Assembly (NCBI GenBank): GCA_937625935.1
Contig: OW569376.1
Span: forward strand, 62,001-126,000
Length of the DNA: 64,000 bases
Source of the DNA: Tetramitus jugosus
Taxonomy: Eukaryota > Protista > Heterolobosea
Direction: 5' to 3'
Notes under the pieces: generated by a model
The model's input: only the letters and a program-made list of their open reading frames with translations
Database searches by the model: none
What the model was told of the DNA's origin: nothing
Position numbers and translations under genes: made by a program
Part shown: piece after piece, positions 45,179 through 54,793 of the stretch
Numbering within the stretch: the stretch's first letter is position 1
Layout: the number at the start of each line of letters is the position of its first letter

Positions 45179-46334
45179 TTATTCTCTTGCAGACTTCTTA
45201 CCCTGTTGTTGTTGGTCCGACTTTTTTCTGTTGGTTCTTGTGTTGTTATTGTTGTTGGTGTCCTTCTTGAGACGAGCTTCCATGAATTGTCTGTTGGCTG
45301 GATCCAGACTGTCCAAATCAATAGAGTCTCCCATGTCAGAGGATTGTTGCTTGCCGACTCTTCTGGCTCTGGCTTCTTCTCTCTTCTTTTCTCTCTCTAG
45401 ACCGTCCTTTTGTTCCTGTTCAAACAGTTCAGTCTCAACACGATCTCTCTCCAATCGAGCCAATCTTCTTCTTTCGACTTCAGCCTTGTCCACAACGGAA
45501 ACAATGTTCAATTTGACGACACCGGTGGAGAATTGAGACGTCTTGAACTGGACATCGTACAATCCACTTGTGCTCAGTCCTTCCTTGTCAAACTCTGCAA
45601 TCAATCGATCGGCATCTGGTTGATACACTTGGAGAATGTCAAACGGCTGGACCACAATGGAAAAATATTCTGAAATAATCTTGCACAGTTCGAACAAATC
45701 AATCTTTTTTGTCAATTCTCTGCGTTGGCCAATAATATCAACAATTTGTGGCTTTGTGGCACGTGTGACTTCAATCATTGTCATATTCTTCAACATTTTT
45801 GTGATTCGTTCACCCTTCTTCTTCTCTTCGAGGTCCTTTTGCACTTGAGGCTATTGTATTTATCATCATATTTCATATTCATGTTTCATTGATTTATGCA
45901 TTTGATTTTGTCATTGCGCGCATGTTGAAGCAAAAAATAATAATTTTTTGGGGTGTCAACTTTTTTTGTTTTCACACGTTTGAATGATGAAAAAACAACA
46001 ACATCAAAATGACTGAACACAATAAACAACACAAAACACATACAGTAAAATTGGCAGTGTGTTGTTCCAAATTCTCTGGTGTAGCATAATCAGCAATACG
46101 ATTTGGATATAAAAAGTTTCTCATGTAACCTGGTCTCACAATGACAATATCGTTGGCAAACAAACTTCCATGATCCTTCAAAATAATCACCTTTTTGTTT
46201 GGTAAACGTCTCACTGTTCTCACTTGTTGTTGAAGCAGTAGGAGTGAGGAGGATGATGTGGAGGTGGAGGTGTGAGCGGTAGTAATGACGTTCGTCTTTG
46301 CGTTGTTTATGATCAATCGTTTCATCATCATCAT
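45179..46334 (-). CDS. MRPL9: Mitochondrial ribosomal protein bL9m; exons 46334-46044 and 45850-45179
   Basis: Presequence-like N-terminus ending QQQVR; KVIILKD..DIVIVRPGYMRNFLYPNRIADYAT; phase-0 intron 46043-45851; C-domain TSGLYDVQFK..VKLNIV. Confidence 0.88.
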
Positions 46335-46481
46335 TTTGTTTTGGAAGAAGGCAACTTCGAAGAAATGAATGCTATGAAAGCTTTTTTTGTTGTTCTTGCT
46401 CGTGCGTGGTTGTGGAAAAATGCTGGAATATTTTCTCCGATGATTGTAAACTTTGTTTTTTTGGTGTTGTGTAAAAACAAG

Positions 46482-48095
46482 ATGTTGCATTCTGGAGGCG
46501 CGAGCAAAAATGTGTTAGCTCTCAGCAACAAGATCATGTTGCGACATTGTCATGCGAGATCCGTGATCTTACCGGCTGCCCCAAGGGTGAATCATGTCCC
46601 AAGAAAATCTTTGATCCAAAACAAGTCCAGAGCTTTCACTGATCTTAGTCATCGTTCTTACTCAACCAAAACCACGACAACCAATGATCAAAGTGGTGCA
46701 GAGTGCTTGAGACGCGAGTCTAAAGATCGTCGTGATGATAGCCGTCCACTGTCTGGTATTAAAATTTTGGACATGAGTCGTGTGTTGGCTGGTCCCTATG
46801 CCACTCAGCTACTCTCTGATTTAGGAGCTCAAGTCATCAAGATTGAATCACCAGAGGGTGATGATACAAGGCATTGGGGTCCTCCTTTCCATCAAGACTC
46901 CAAACAAAGTGCATACTTCATGTCTGCAAACCGTAACAAACAATCAGTTTGTATTGATTTGCGTAGTACACAAGGAGCTTCGCTAGTGAGACAGTTGGCT
47001 GTTGAGTGTGATGTATTTATTGAGAATTTCAAGGTGGGAGGACTGAAAAAATTTGGTTTGGATTATGAGTCTTTGCACAAGTTGAATCCCAATCTCATCT
47101 ATTGCTCTATTAGTGGGTATGGTCAGAATGGTCCACGAAAGGATGAGCCAGGTTATGATTTTGTGATGCAAGCCAAGTCTGGTCTGATGAGCATTACGGG
47201 TGCTGAATCTGTGGTGACGAGTGAGATTGATGGCGATGCGTCGCCAGTACCTGACCACACGAGTAGTAGTGATGACCCATTCAAGGTAGGAACAGCCATC
47301 GTGGATGTGATGACTGGCATGTATGCAGTGACTGGAATATTGAGTTGTTTAGTGAAGAAATTATCGACTCAGCTCAACAATGCAGGTCAGGGTACATACA
47401 GAGGCGAGTACATTGATTTGTCTCTGTATGATGTCAGTTTGTCTCTACTGGCGAATCAAAGCATGAATTATTTGGTGTCTGGCAATAGTCCTCGTAGACT
47501 AGGAAACCGACATCCTAGTATTGTACCATATGAAATGTTTGACACAATGCAAGGTCAAATTGTTGTTGCCGTAGGAAACGACGGTCAATTTCAGAATTTT
47601 ATCAAGGCATTGTACAATTCATCACTTGCCGAGGATGGAACACATCGAGTTTTGCTTGATAAGCAAAGAGATATACTTCTATCTGATATCAGATTCAAAA
47701 AGAACAAGGACAGAGTTGTGCACAGGTTGGCTCTTCTGCCTTATATTCACTCTCAATTGGAGTTACAGAACGCTGAATACTGGGAACATTGGATGTTAAA
47801 GATGGGTGTTCCATGCAGCAGAGTCAACAATATTCAACAAGCATTCCAAGAGGAACAAGCATCTGCCAGGGATATGATTTGGAAGATACAGCATGAAGAG
47901 TCTGGCTCCAGTGCTTCATTTGTGGGACAGCCCATTCACTTGACGAATGCACCTATCGGTAGTGACAATGCTCAGTTTTCACCTGACCTTGGACAACATA
48001 CAAACACAGTTCTGAAGGACCTGTTGGGTGTTTCGAATGAGCAGTTGGATGAATGGAGAACTCAAGGAGTGTTCGGTAAACAAAACAGTGAATAA
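46482..48095 (+). CDS. Family III CoA-transferase (CaiB/BaiF, SUGCT-like), probably mitochondrial
   Basis: PLSGIKILDMSRVLAGPYATQLLSDLGAQVIKIE, GDDTRHWGPP, NRNKQS, CSISGYGQNGP..PGYD, GNRHPSIVPY, PDLGQHT. Start 46482 or 46536. Confidence 0.93.
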   Translation: MLHSGGASKNVLALSNKIMLRHCHARSVILPAAPRVNHVPRKSLIQNKSRAFTDLSHRSYSTKTTTTNDQSGAECLRRESKDRRDDSRPLSGIKILDMSRVLAGPYATQLLSDLGAQVIKIESPEGDDTRHWGPPFHQDSKQSAYFMSANRNKQSVCIDLRSTQGASLVRQLAVECDVFIENFKVGGLKKFGLDYESLHKLNPNLIYCSISGYGQNGPRKDEPGYDFVMQAKSGLMSITGAESVVTSEIDGDASPVPDHTSSSDDPFKVGTAIVDVMTGMYAVTGILSCLVKKLSTQLNNAGQGTYRGEYIDLSLYDVSLSLLANQSMNYLVSGNSPRRLGNRHPSIVPYEMFDTMQGQIVVAVGNDGQFQNFIKALYNSSLAEDGTHRVLLDKQRDILLSDIRFKKNKDRVVHRLALLPYIHSQLELQNAEYWEHWMLKMGVPCSRVNNIQQAFQEEQASARDMIWKIQHEESGSSASFVGQPIHLTNAPIGSDNAQFSPDLGQHTNTVLKDLLGVSNEQLDEWRTQGVFGKQNSE

Positions 48096-48776
48096 GTATT
48101 TATTTTTAACAATTAGTAATCCCAGAGGACATAATTATTGTTTATAAGTATTCATAATTCTTTCGTTGACTTAATTTGAGATCAATCCTTTGGCGTGTTA
48201 TTCAAGTCAATGCATGGCACCACGAAGTTGATTTCCCGACATTTGTTGACACTTGCAAGATCTGAAAAAAGATGCTGGTCTCCAAGTGGATGTCAGCTTT
48301 TAGACTCGCTCTAGCTTTTTGGCTCAAAAAAATCTCTCTCCAACATGCACAATCTCTCAAATTGCTTTGGCCTCTGGGTGGAAATACCTTCTCGCTCCTT
48401 TCAAATAGAAAAACCTGGCCCTCATAGGAACCACCATTTATAAGCAGAAAAACCCATTTGAGCACAGACAAACACAAACAAAAGAACCAGCAATCCAAAC
48501 TACTTGTTGTGACAGTTCTTGAATCCAATCTCTTGTCTATAGTCATCTTGTTGAATCATCACACTCGTGTTCAACATCTCCATCTGTATATTTAACCTCT
48601 TATTCTCTCCCATTCCTAAAATACTTCTGGATTCATTTGCTACCGAAAAAAAAAGACCGGTCAACCGTCAACACTCAATAATTAATTCCAGTCCACGAAC
48701 AGTAAAACCAGAATCAACTCACAATCGGTGAAAAACACTCAGCAACAATCATAGTAATACTAGTAATATAGATAAT

Positions 48777-50378
48777 ATGTCAACAACAGGTTATCCATCC
48801 TCAACTGGTCATGTAAACCAGGTCAACACCGGTCAACCAAATTCAGTCAACCTGAGCGAAATCCGCTCCGTTCAAATAGACAATGAAATTTTCGAAATTC
48901 CCAGACGCTATCGGTTGATTGAACTCCGAGGACAGGGAAGTTATGGTGTCGTTTGCTCGGCACGTGACTCCCTCTCATCCAACCCGAAGCAAATGGTTGC
49001 CATCAAGAAGAATAGAAACGTTTTCCCTAGAACCATTGCTCCTCAACCTCCTTCTCTCAACAGCAATCGAGGAACTAGTCAAGACATGGACCAATACTTG
49101 CCAAAGATTCGAAGTGAACAACATGTACAACAACAACAATCAAACAAAAAACTACCTCATCGCTCCAAGCTGTCTCAAAAGAGAATTCTGAGAGAACTAA
49201 AGATATTAACTCACTTGAGAGGACATCCAAACATTGTTCAGCTGCACGATGTGATTGAACCAAGAAATTATGAGGCATTTGGAGATGTTTACTTTGTAAC
49301 AGATCTTATGGAAGCTGATTTGAGAGACATTTTAGAGAGCAACCAACCTCTAACTGACCAACACATTCAATACTTTATGTATCAATTGTTGTTAGCTGTA
49401 CATTACTCTCAATCTGCCAACATTCTTCACAGAGACTTGAAACCAGAGAATATTTTACTCAATTCGAACTGTGAGCTCAAGATTTGTGATTTCGGATTGG
49501 CACGAGGAATTGACTTTGAGTGCGACCCTCGAATGAGCACCAATTATGTTCAAACAAGATGGTATCGAGCACCTGAACTCCTTTTGAATCATCCAACCAT
49601 TACAAAGCAAGCAGACATGTGGAGTATTGGTTGCATATTGGGTGAGCTATTGGGCCGTCGTGTTCTCTTCAAGGGAAGCTGCCCAGTGGATCAAATGAAA
49701 AAGATTATACACATTATGGGCACTCCAAATGCTGATGATATCAAGGGTAGCGAAGAAGGTGTCAAGTTTGTTCTCGAACTGCCGTTTTCAAAGGGGAAGG
49801 ACTTTAGAAGCATGTTCCCTGACTCTTGCGACAATGCTTTGGATCTATTGAGAAGAATGCTCGAATTTAATCATGATAAGCGTATTACAACTGAACAGGC
49901 ACTTAAGCACCCTTATTTCAAGGATTTGTTTGATGAGCGCGATGTGAGAGTGTGTGAAAAATTGTTCGACTTCTCGTTTGAGGATCATTTGGAAGATGAA
50001 CCCAATTCACTCAAGGACTGTGCCTATGCAACCATTATGAACTTTAGGAAGGATGTGCTATCAGATGAGGAGGCAAATATTATTCCTCCCAGATTCTCAC
50101 CATCGTCATCGGCTTCCAACTCTACGACGCCACCAAACCAGAGCTTAACCCAATCGCATCAATCCCTGGAACAAAATCACGATTCTATCAGAAGAGTTCA
50201 CAGCGCAACTGAGGAAGAATTGCGAAAGCAGAGAGAGATGGAAGAGAAGAGAAGGAAACAAATGATGCAGGAAGAAGAACGGAGGCGACAAGAAGAAGAA
50301 GCAAAGAAGAAGAAAAAGAAAGAATCTCGATCTCGATTTGATCTCTTCAGGAGAGCAAAGAGCGTTTTCAGTCTGTAG
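48777..50378 (+). CDS. MAP kinase with TNY activation motif and charged C-terminal extension
   Basis: [52 protein letters not shown]. Confidence 0.92.
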   Translation: MSTTGYPSSTGHVNQVNTGQPNSVNLSEIRSVQIDNEIFEIPRRYRLIELRGQGSYGVVCSARDSLSSNPKQMVAIKKNRNVFPRTIAPQPPSLNSNRGTSQDMDQYLPKIRSEQHVQQQQSNKKLPHRSKLSQKRILRELKILTHLRGHPNIVQLHDVIEPRNYEAFGDVYFVTDLMEADLRDILESNQPLTDQHIQYFMYQLLLAVHYSQSANILHRDLKPENILLNSNCELKICDFGLARGIDFECDPRMSTNYVQTRWYRAPELLLNHPTITKQADMWSIGCILGELLGRRVLFKGSCPVDQMKKIIHIMGTPNADDIKGSEEGVKFVLELPFSKGKDFRSMFPDSCDNALDLLRRMLEFNHDKRITTEQALKHPYFKDLFDERDVRVCEKLFDFSFEDHLEDEPNSLKDCAYATIMNFRKDVLSDEEANIIPPRFSPSSSASNSTTPPNQSLTQSHQSLEQNHDSIRRVHSATEEELRKQREMEEKRRKQMMQEEERRRQEEEAKKKKKKESRSRFDLFRRAKSVFSL

Positions 50379-50548
50379 GTTACAAAAACTGTAAAATCAT
50401 GAATCTCTCATTGCCAACAAGAACTGGCAGACAACCTCACATTTAATGGATTGGATCAAGTACAGGACACTGTGACCCAACCATACATAGTTGTACATAG
50501 ACTTATTTAAGTAGTAAAATAGAATTTTCAATACAATTTTATTTTTTG

Positions 50549-52981
50549 TTACTTATTCTTCTTTGTTAGTAGCTCCATTTGTCTCATTTTCTCAATAGTG
50601 GCCCGATGTTGTTTGACCAAGAATTCAACAACACTGGTCAAGTGCAACAAACCAAACATGATCGAGCACATGAAAGTAGTCAAGAAGGCAAACAGAATCG
50701 GAGGGCAATACATTTGCGCAACGCTGTCCAAGAATGAGCCGATATCCTCAATAAGGTTGGTTCTAGTTTCGTCATCTTGAATAAAATAAGGCAACAGCTT
50801 GTTTTGTAAAATACCATGACCTTCAGACAAATTCTTGTTGTGCGCTGGATAGATATCATCATCGTCCTGAGCAGTTTGTGATCCTTCTTTGCTCAAATCG
50901 ACCCAATTGGCCCAGTCAATACTTATATTAGCTGGTTTAGCTGTTGGAGATCGAATCAATCTGGGCCATTCCTCATTCTTTGCCTTCATGATGGAGATTG
51001 TTGTTCTTCCGGCACCTGGCGTGATCGTGTAGTCTAATGGATCTACTTGTCCGTACAGTTCAATGTTCAACAGATACGAGTTACCGTTGCTCGACACAGC
51101 CTTGAACAAGAGCTGATGATCACTTGTCACAAACAACTCTGTCTTCTCCAAATTTGGTAGCTCAATAGTAAAGGTTAGTTTGTCAATACGTTGACACCAT
51201 TTGATAGGTGCAACCAAGTGGTCCTCGGTACCCGCCAAAAACTTGTCCACTCTCGCCTTATCCAACTCCTTCTCTGCCACAGTCTCTGGTTTTATGAGCG
51301 CTCTTCTCTTGTAGCAATACACCTTTGGTTGCTTGAGTACTTTGAGTGCTTTGAAATCAACACCACTGTACCCTTCTTGAGTATCAATGACGGCAAATAC
51401 CTTATTGAATCGCTTGTCAACCTCGTCCATGGCTTCTGGATTGTTGCCACTGAGGACATGAGAGAATGTACGATAGTTCACATTCTTTTCCTGCTTGGAA
51501 TATTTCCAGGTTGAATTGAACTGCAAAAAGCGTGTGACACCATTCATTGTCACATGGCTATCCATGTGCACATACTTTGGTTGATGATTGTCCTTCTCTC
51601 GATTATACAACTTGTTGAGTGCATCTGCTCCATAGTAGTTGGATGAACTGGCATAGAGGAAGAACAAGGAGATAATAAGTGATCCCAACAGCACAAGTGG
51701 TATCAAGTATGATACGAGCTTTGATCTTCTCTTCAATTGCACAATGCCTACTGCAGCAGTCAGATTGAAGAGTGGCAGGGCAAAGAATATGAATCGAAGT
51801 TCCTTGTGAGGCAGCATGGAATACAGTGCAACAAATAGTACTGCACTAATAAAATATGGCAATACGCTTTGCTTTCGATATCGATGGAAAATTATGCCGA
51901 ATGGGATGAAAACAAGCGCACCCAACAATGATCTTGGCAGTGCCGATGTAAAGTACCAATGTGGAGAATAAACACCCCATTCATGACTCTTGTTCATCAC
52001 TGTATTGTAATAGAGTACTTCACCTTCGGGCCAAACCATTCGTTGCCAAAAGTACGTATCAACAATAAATGAAACAAAGATACCGAATGACACGGATGTC
52101 AATCCAACAGCAACACCAGAGATCAATCCTACTCTTCTCGTCAACAAACAAACAACAGCAATAGGAGCGATAAACACGAGTAGATCAGAGCGAAAAATTG
52201 CAGCAGCGACACCCAATACAGCAAACATGTGCACATATTGATCACGCAACCAATATCCCAACCCAACAAAGGCAAAAATCAGAGCAAACACATTGGGTAA
52301 TGGTCTTCCCATGTAAAACATTAAATGGAATTGACACATGACCAACAGTGCATACCAAATCGACACGTGATACCCAGTGTGTTGAGTTCCATCCTCCTCA
52401 TTCTCATCAGCACCCACATGACCACTCTTTTGCTTCCTTGTGACTTGTTTCACCTTGTTCATTACTTGATCAATGTCATCATCAGCAGCACCAGTAATCT
52501 CTTGACTAAACTTGATTGTAATACCACTGCGAAAGAATCCTTGAGCACAAATGGAAAAGACACCCAGAATGAATCGCACCAGAATCAAACTCAAGAATTT
52601 TACACTTGCTTCGTTGGCAACAATCCACTGAAGCAATTTAACAAACGGAGCAGCAATAATCGACACAAAAATCGATCCAATAAACGTTCTAGGAACAACA
52701 CCAGGGAACTCAAAGTGATCAAATCGATCCAATCTTGTCATGTGAAACAACAAGTCATGCATGGCCTGAGTATTGAAGCTCTCTTCCACTTTTGTGTAGG
52801 GAACAATGAAAATGTACACTGTGAGCTGTATGAGCATGAATACGTCCAAAAAATCAATTTGAGGCATCATGAGCAAGCGAACTTGTCGCCACAGCATTTG
52901 TTGAACTTGTTTTTGACGTTCTTCTTGCTGTTTGGGTTGATCAACAGCAGAAGGAGGACTGGTCGTGGAGGTTTCCGTCAT
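50549..52981 (-). CDS. ALG12: ALG12 alpha-1,6-mannosyltransferase (GT22) fused to a p23/CS domain, TM helix and KKxx
   Basis: PYTKVEESFNTQAMHD, DHFEFPGVVPRTFIG, QFHLMFYMGRPLPN, WPEGEVLYYN, LPHKELRF, GVTRFLQ; then IKWCQR..WPRL..IDWANWVD. Confidence 0.92.
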   Translation of the reverse strand: MTETSTTSPPSAVDQPKQQEERQKQVQQMLWRQVRLLMMPQIDFLDVFMLIQLTVYIFIVPYTKVEESFNTQAMHDLLFHMTRLDRFDHFEFPGVVPRTFIGSIFVSIIAAPFVKLLQWIVANEASVKFLSLILVRFILGVFSICAQGFFRSGITIKFSQEITGAADDDIDQVMNKVKQVTRKQKSGHVGADENEEDGTQHTGYHVSIWYALLVMCQFHLMFYMGRPLPNVFALIFAFVGLGYWLRDQYVHMFAVLGVAAAIFRSDLLVFIAPIAVVCLLTRRVGLISGVAVGLTSVSFGIFVSFIVDTYFWQRMVWPEGEVLYYNTVMNKSHEWGVYSPHWYFTSALPRSLLGALVFIPFGIIFHRYRKQSVLPYFISAVLFVALYSMLPHKELRFIFFALPLFNLTAAVGIVQLKRRSKLVSYLIPLVLLGSLIISLFFLYASSSNYYGADALNKLYNREKDNHQPKYVHMDSHVTMNGVTRFLQFNSTWKYSKQEKNVNYRTFSHVLSGNNPEAMDEVDKRFNKVFAVIDTQEGYSGVDFKALKVLKQPKVYCYKRRALIKPETVAEKELDKARVDKFLAGTEDHLVAPIKWCQRIDKLTFTIELPNLEKTELFVTSDHQLLFKAVSSNGNSYLLNIELYGQVDPLDYTITPGAGRTTISIMKAKNEEWPRLIRSPTAKPANISIDWANWVDLSKEGSQTAQDDDDIYPAHNKNLSEGHGILQNKLLPYFIQDDETRTNLIEDIGSFLDSVAQMYCPPILFAFLTTFMCSIMFGLLHLTSVVEFLVKQHRATIEKMRQMELLTKKNK

Positions 52982-53140
52982 GTCTTATCAGCTTTCTCAA
53001 CGTGCTGTTTCAATTTTGTTGTTTTGTTTCTCATCAAGTCAAGACTGATCGGAAAAGGTGATCATCGGACTATTCACTGAATTTCTGCGCCTCCGAAAAA
53101 CAAAATTTCACAAACAAAAATACCGCGAACACGACAAAAA

Positions 53141-54763
53141 ATGAATCGATTGGTCATGTGGAGTGCACGTCGATCATTGAACAACAACAATTGTCGTTCA
53201 TTGGTCATGAATGGACGCAACAACAATAGAATCCATCACCACCTTCATTGCCAACCTCAATCCCTGCTTCATTTCTTCCACACTACAATTCCCGCCAAAA
53301 ATCACCCGATGGCTGCATCTACGGCGGCGGCGGCAGCGCAAGAAACACAAAAATCACAACAAGGACAATCAACGTCTGACAACAACAAGGAAAATGAACA
53401 AGAAAAAAAACAAAAGGAACAAGCTGAAAAACAACAAAAGAAACAAAGGAGAAGAAGACGTGCTGCAAAGCTATTGCTTTTCCTCGCTGGTTCCTATGTT
53501 GTCATCAAGACTTTTGCCTATATTGTTCTCATCTCTGAAGACAATGCCTTTGTCATGAACAACTCTGCTGAATCTCTCATGAAAAAGCTTCCATTGAATG
53601 CTCTGTCCAGAACATGGGGTTGGATCTATTCAACTGAAGTTCCAGAAGTCCTTAGACCACTGTTTTATCAAATTTATGCATGGTTGTTTGATGCCAATTT
53701 GGATGATGTGGAATTGCCATTGAAACGATACAAGAGTCTTCAAGATTTCTTTACTAGAAGGCTCAAGAAAGATGCTAGAGTAGTGGATGAAAAGAGTGAG
53801 ATTGTGAGTCCAGTGGACGGAAGAGTCATGTCATGTGGTGTCGTTCATATTAACAAGGACTCTGAAACAGTTGTGGTGGAGCAAGTTAAGGGCATTACCT
53901 ATCCATTGCATCATTTCTTGGGTTATGGAATGAAGGATGCCATGTTGGCATTGAGTACAGCTGCTACTGATGTGGTCAAGGATGAGAAGAGTGAGGAAGC
54001 AAATTCATCATCTCCACCTTCTGAGCACAGTTATTTTTTGAGTGATGAGAAACATGAGAAGACGTTGCATTATTGTGTCCTGTATTTGGCACCTGGTGAT
54101 TATCACAGATTTCACTCTCCATGTGATTGGAAAGTGGAGGAGAGAAAGCATGTGGCAGGTTATTTGTTCCCTGTGATGCCATTGTTTGTGAAAACATTGA
54201 GAGGTTTGTTTGCTCTGAATGAACGTGTAGTGTTGCATGGCAAGTGGAATCATGGTGATTTTCATTATGTTTTGGTCGGTGCGACCAATGTTGGTGGAAT
54301 GACACTGTACTTTGACAATACGCTCAACACGAATCTGAAGAGAAAGAAGGAACCGAAAAAGAAGGCTTCCACACAAAAGAAGGACCAGAAGAAGACTGAA
54401 GCGAAATCTGAGACTGCAGAACAAGAGAAAACAACCGAAGAAGCTGCACATGAAATTACTGTAGTTTCCACTGCACCTTCTGGAGAAGTCGTTACGCAAA
54501 CAAAGGAAGAGATTGGAACAAAGAACAACCAACACGCTTTTGACCAATATTTGCAAATGAGAAGACGGGAGTACGCAAGAGGAGGAATTTCACTGTCGAA
54601 AGGAGAAGACATTGGATATTTCAGGATGGGAAGTACAGTTGTCATGTTATTCGAGCACTCTGATGCAAAGTTCGAGTGGGGCATAAAACCAGGTGAGAGA
54701 GTGCTCTTGGGTGAGCCTCTATCAGCGGACAGACGGAGCGAGTTCCTAACTCAAAGAAAGTAA
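53141..54763 (+). CDS. PISD: Phosphatidylserine decarboxylase proenzyme (PSD1/PISD type)
   Basis: LPLNALSRTWG, FFTRRLK, SPVDG, EQVKGITY, YLAPGDYHRFHSP, NERVVL, VGATNVG and autocleavage motif FRMGSTVV; presequence-like N-terminus and TM. Confidence 0.95.
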   Translation: MNRLVMWSARRSLNNNNCRSLVMNGRNNNRIHHHLHCQPQSLLHFFHTTIPAKNHPMAASTAAAAAQETQKSQQGQSTSDNNKENEQEKKQKEQAEKQQKKQRRRRRAAKLLLFLAGSYVVIKTFAYIVLISEDNAFVMNNSAESLMKKLPLNALSRTWGWIYSTEVPEVLRPLFYQIYAWLFDANLDDVELPLKRYKSLQDFFTRRLKKDARVVDEKSEIVSPVDGRVMSCGVVHINKDSETVVVEQVKGITYPLHHFLGYGMKDAMLALSTAATDVVKDEKSEEANSSSPPSEHSYFLSDEKHEKTLHYCVLYLAPGDYHRFHSPCDWKVEERKHVAGYLFPVMPLFVKTLRGLFALNERVVLHGKWNHGDFHYVLVGATNVGGMTLYFDNTLNTNLKRKKEPKKKASTQKKDQKKTEAKSETAEQEKTTEEAAHEITVVSTAPSGEVVTQTKEEIGTKNNQHAFDQYLQMRRREYARGGISLSKGEDIGYFRMGSTVVMLFEHSDAKFEWGIKPGERVLLGEPLSADRRSEFLTQRK

Positions 54764-54793
54764 AATCGAAACTTCTCTCATAAAAATTGTTTA

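Noticed and set aside
46272-46481. N-terminal ORF extensions that would make the CoA-transferase and bL9m genes overlap
   Set aside because: Downstream ATGs give presequence-like starts and leave a normal short bidirectional promoter; the extensions look incidental.
52325-53080. 251-aa antisense ORF inside ALG12, and similar shadow ORFs throughout
   Set aside because: Opposite-strand shadows of well-supported genes with no motifs of their own.
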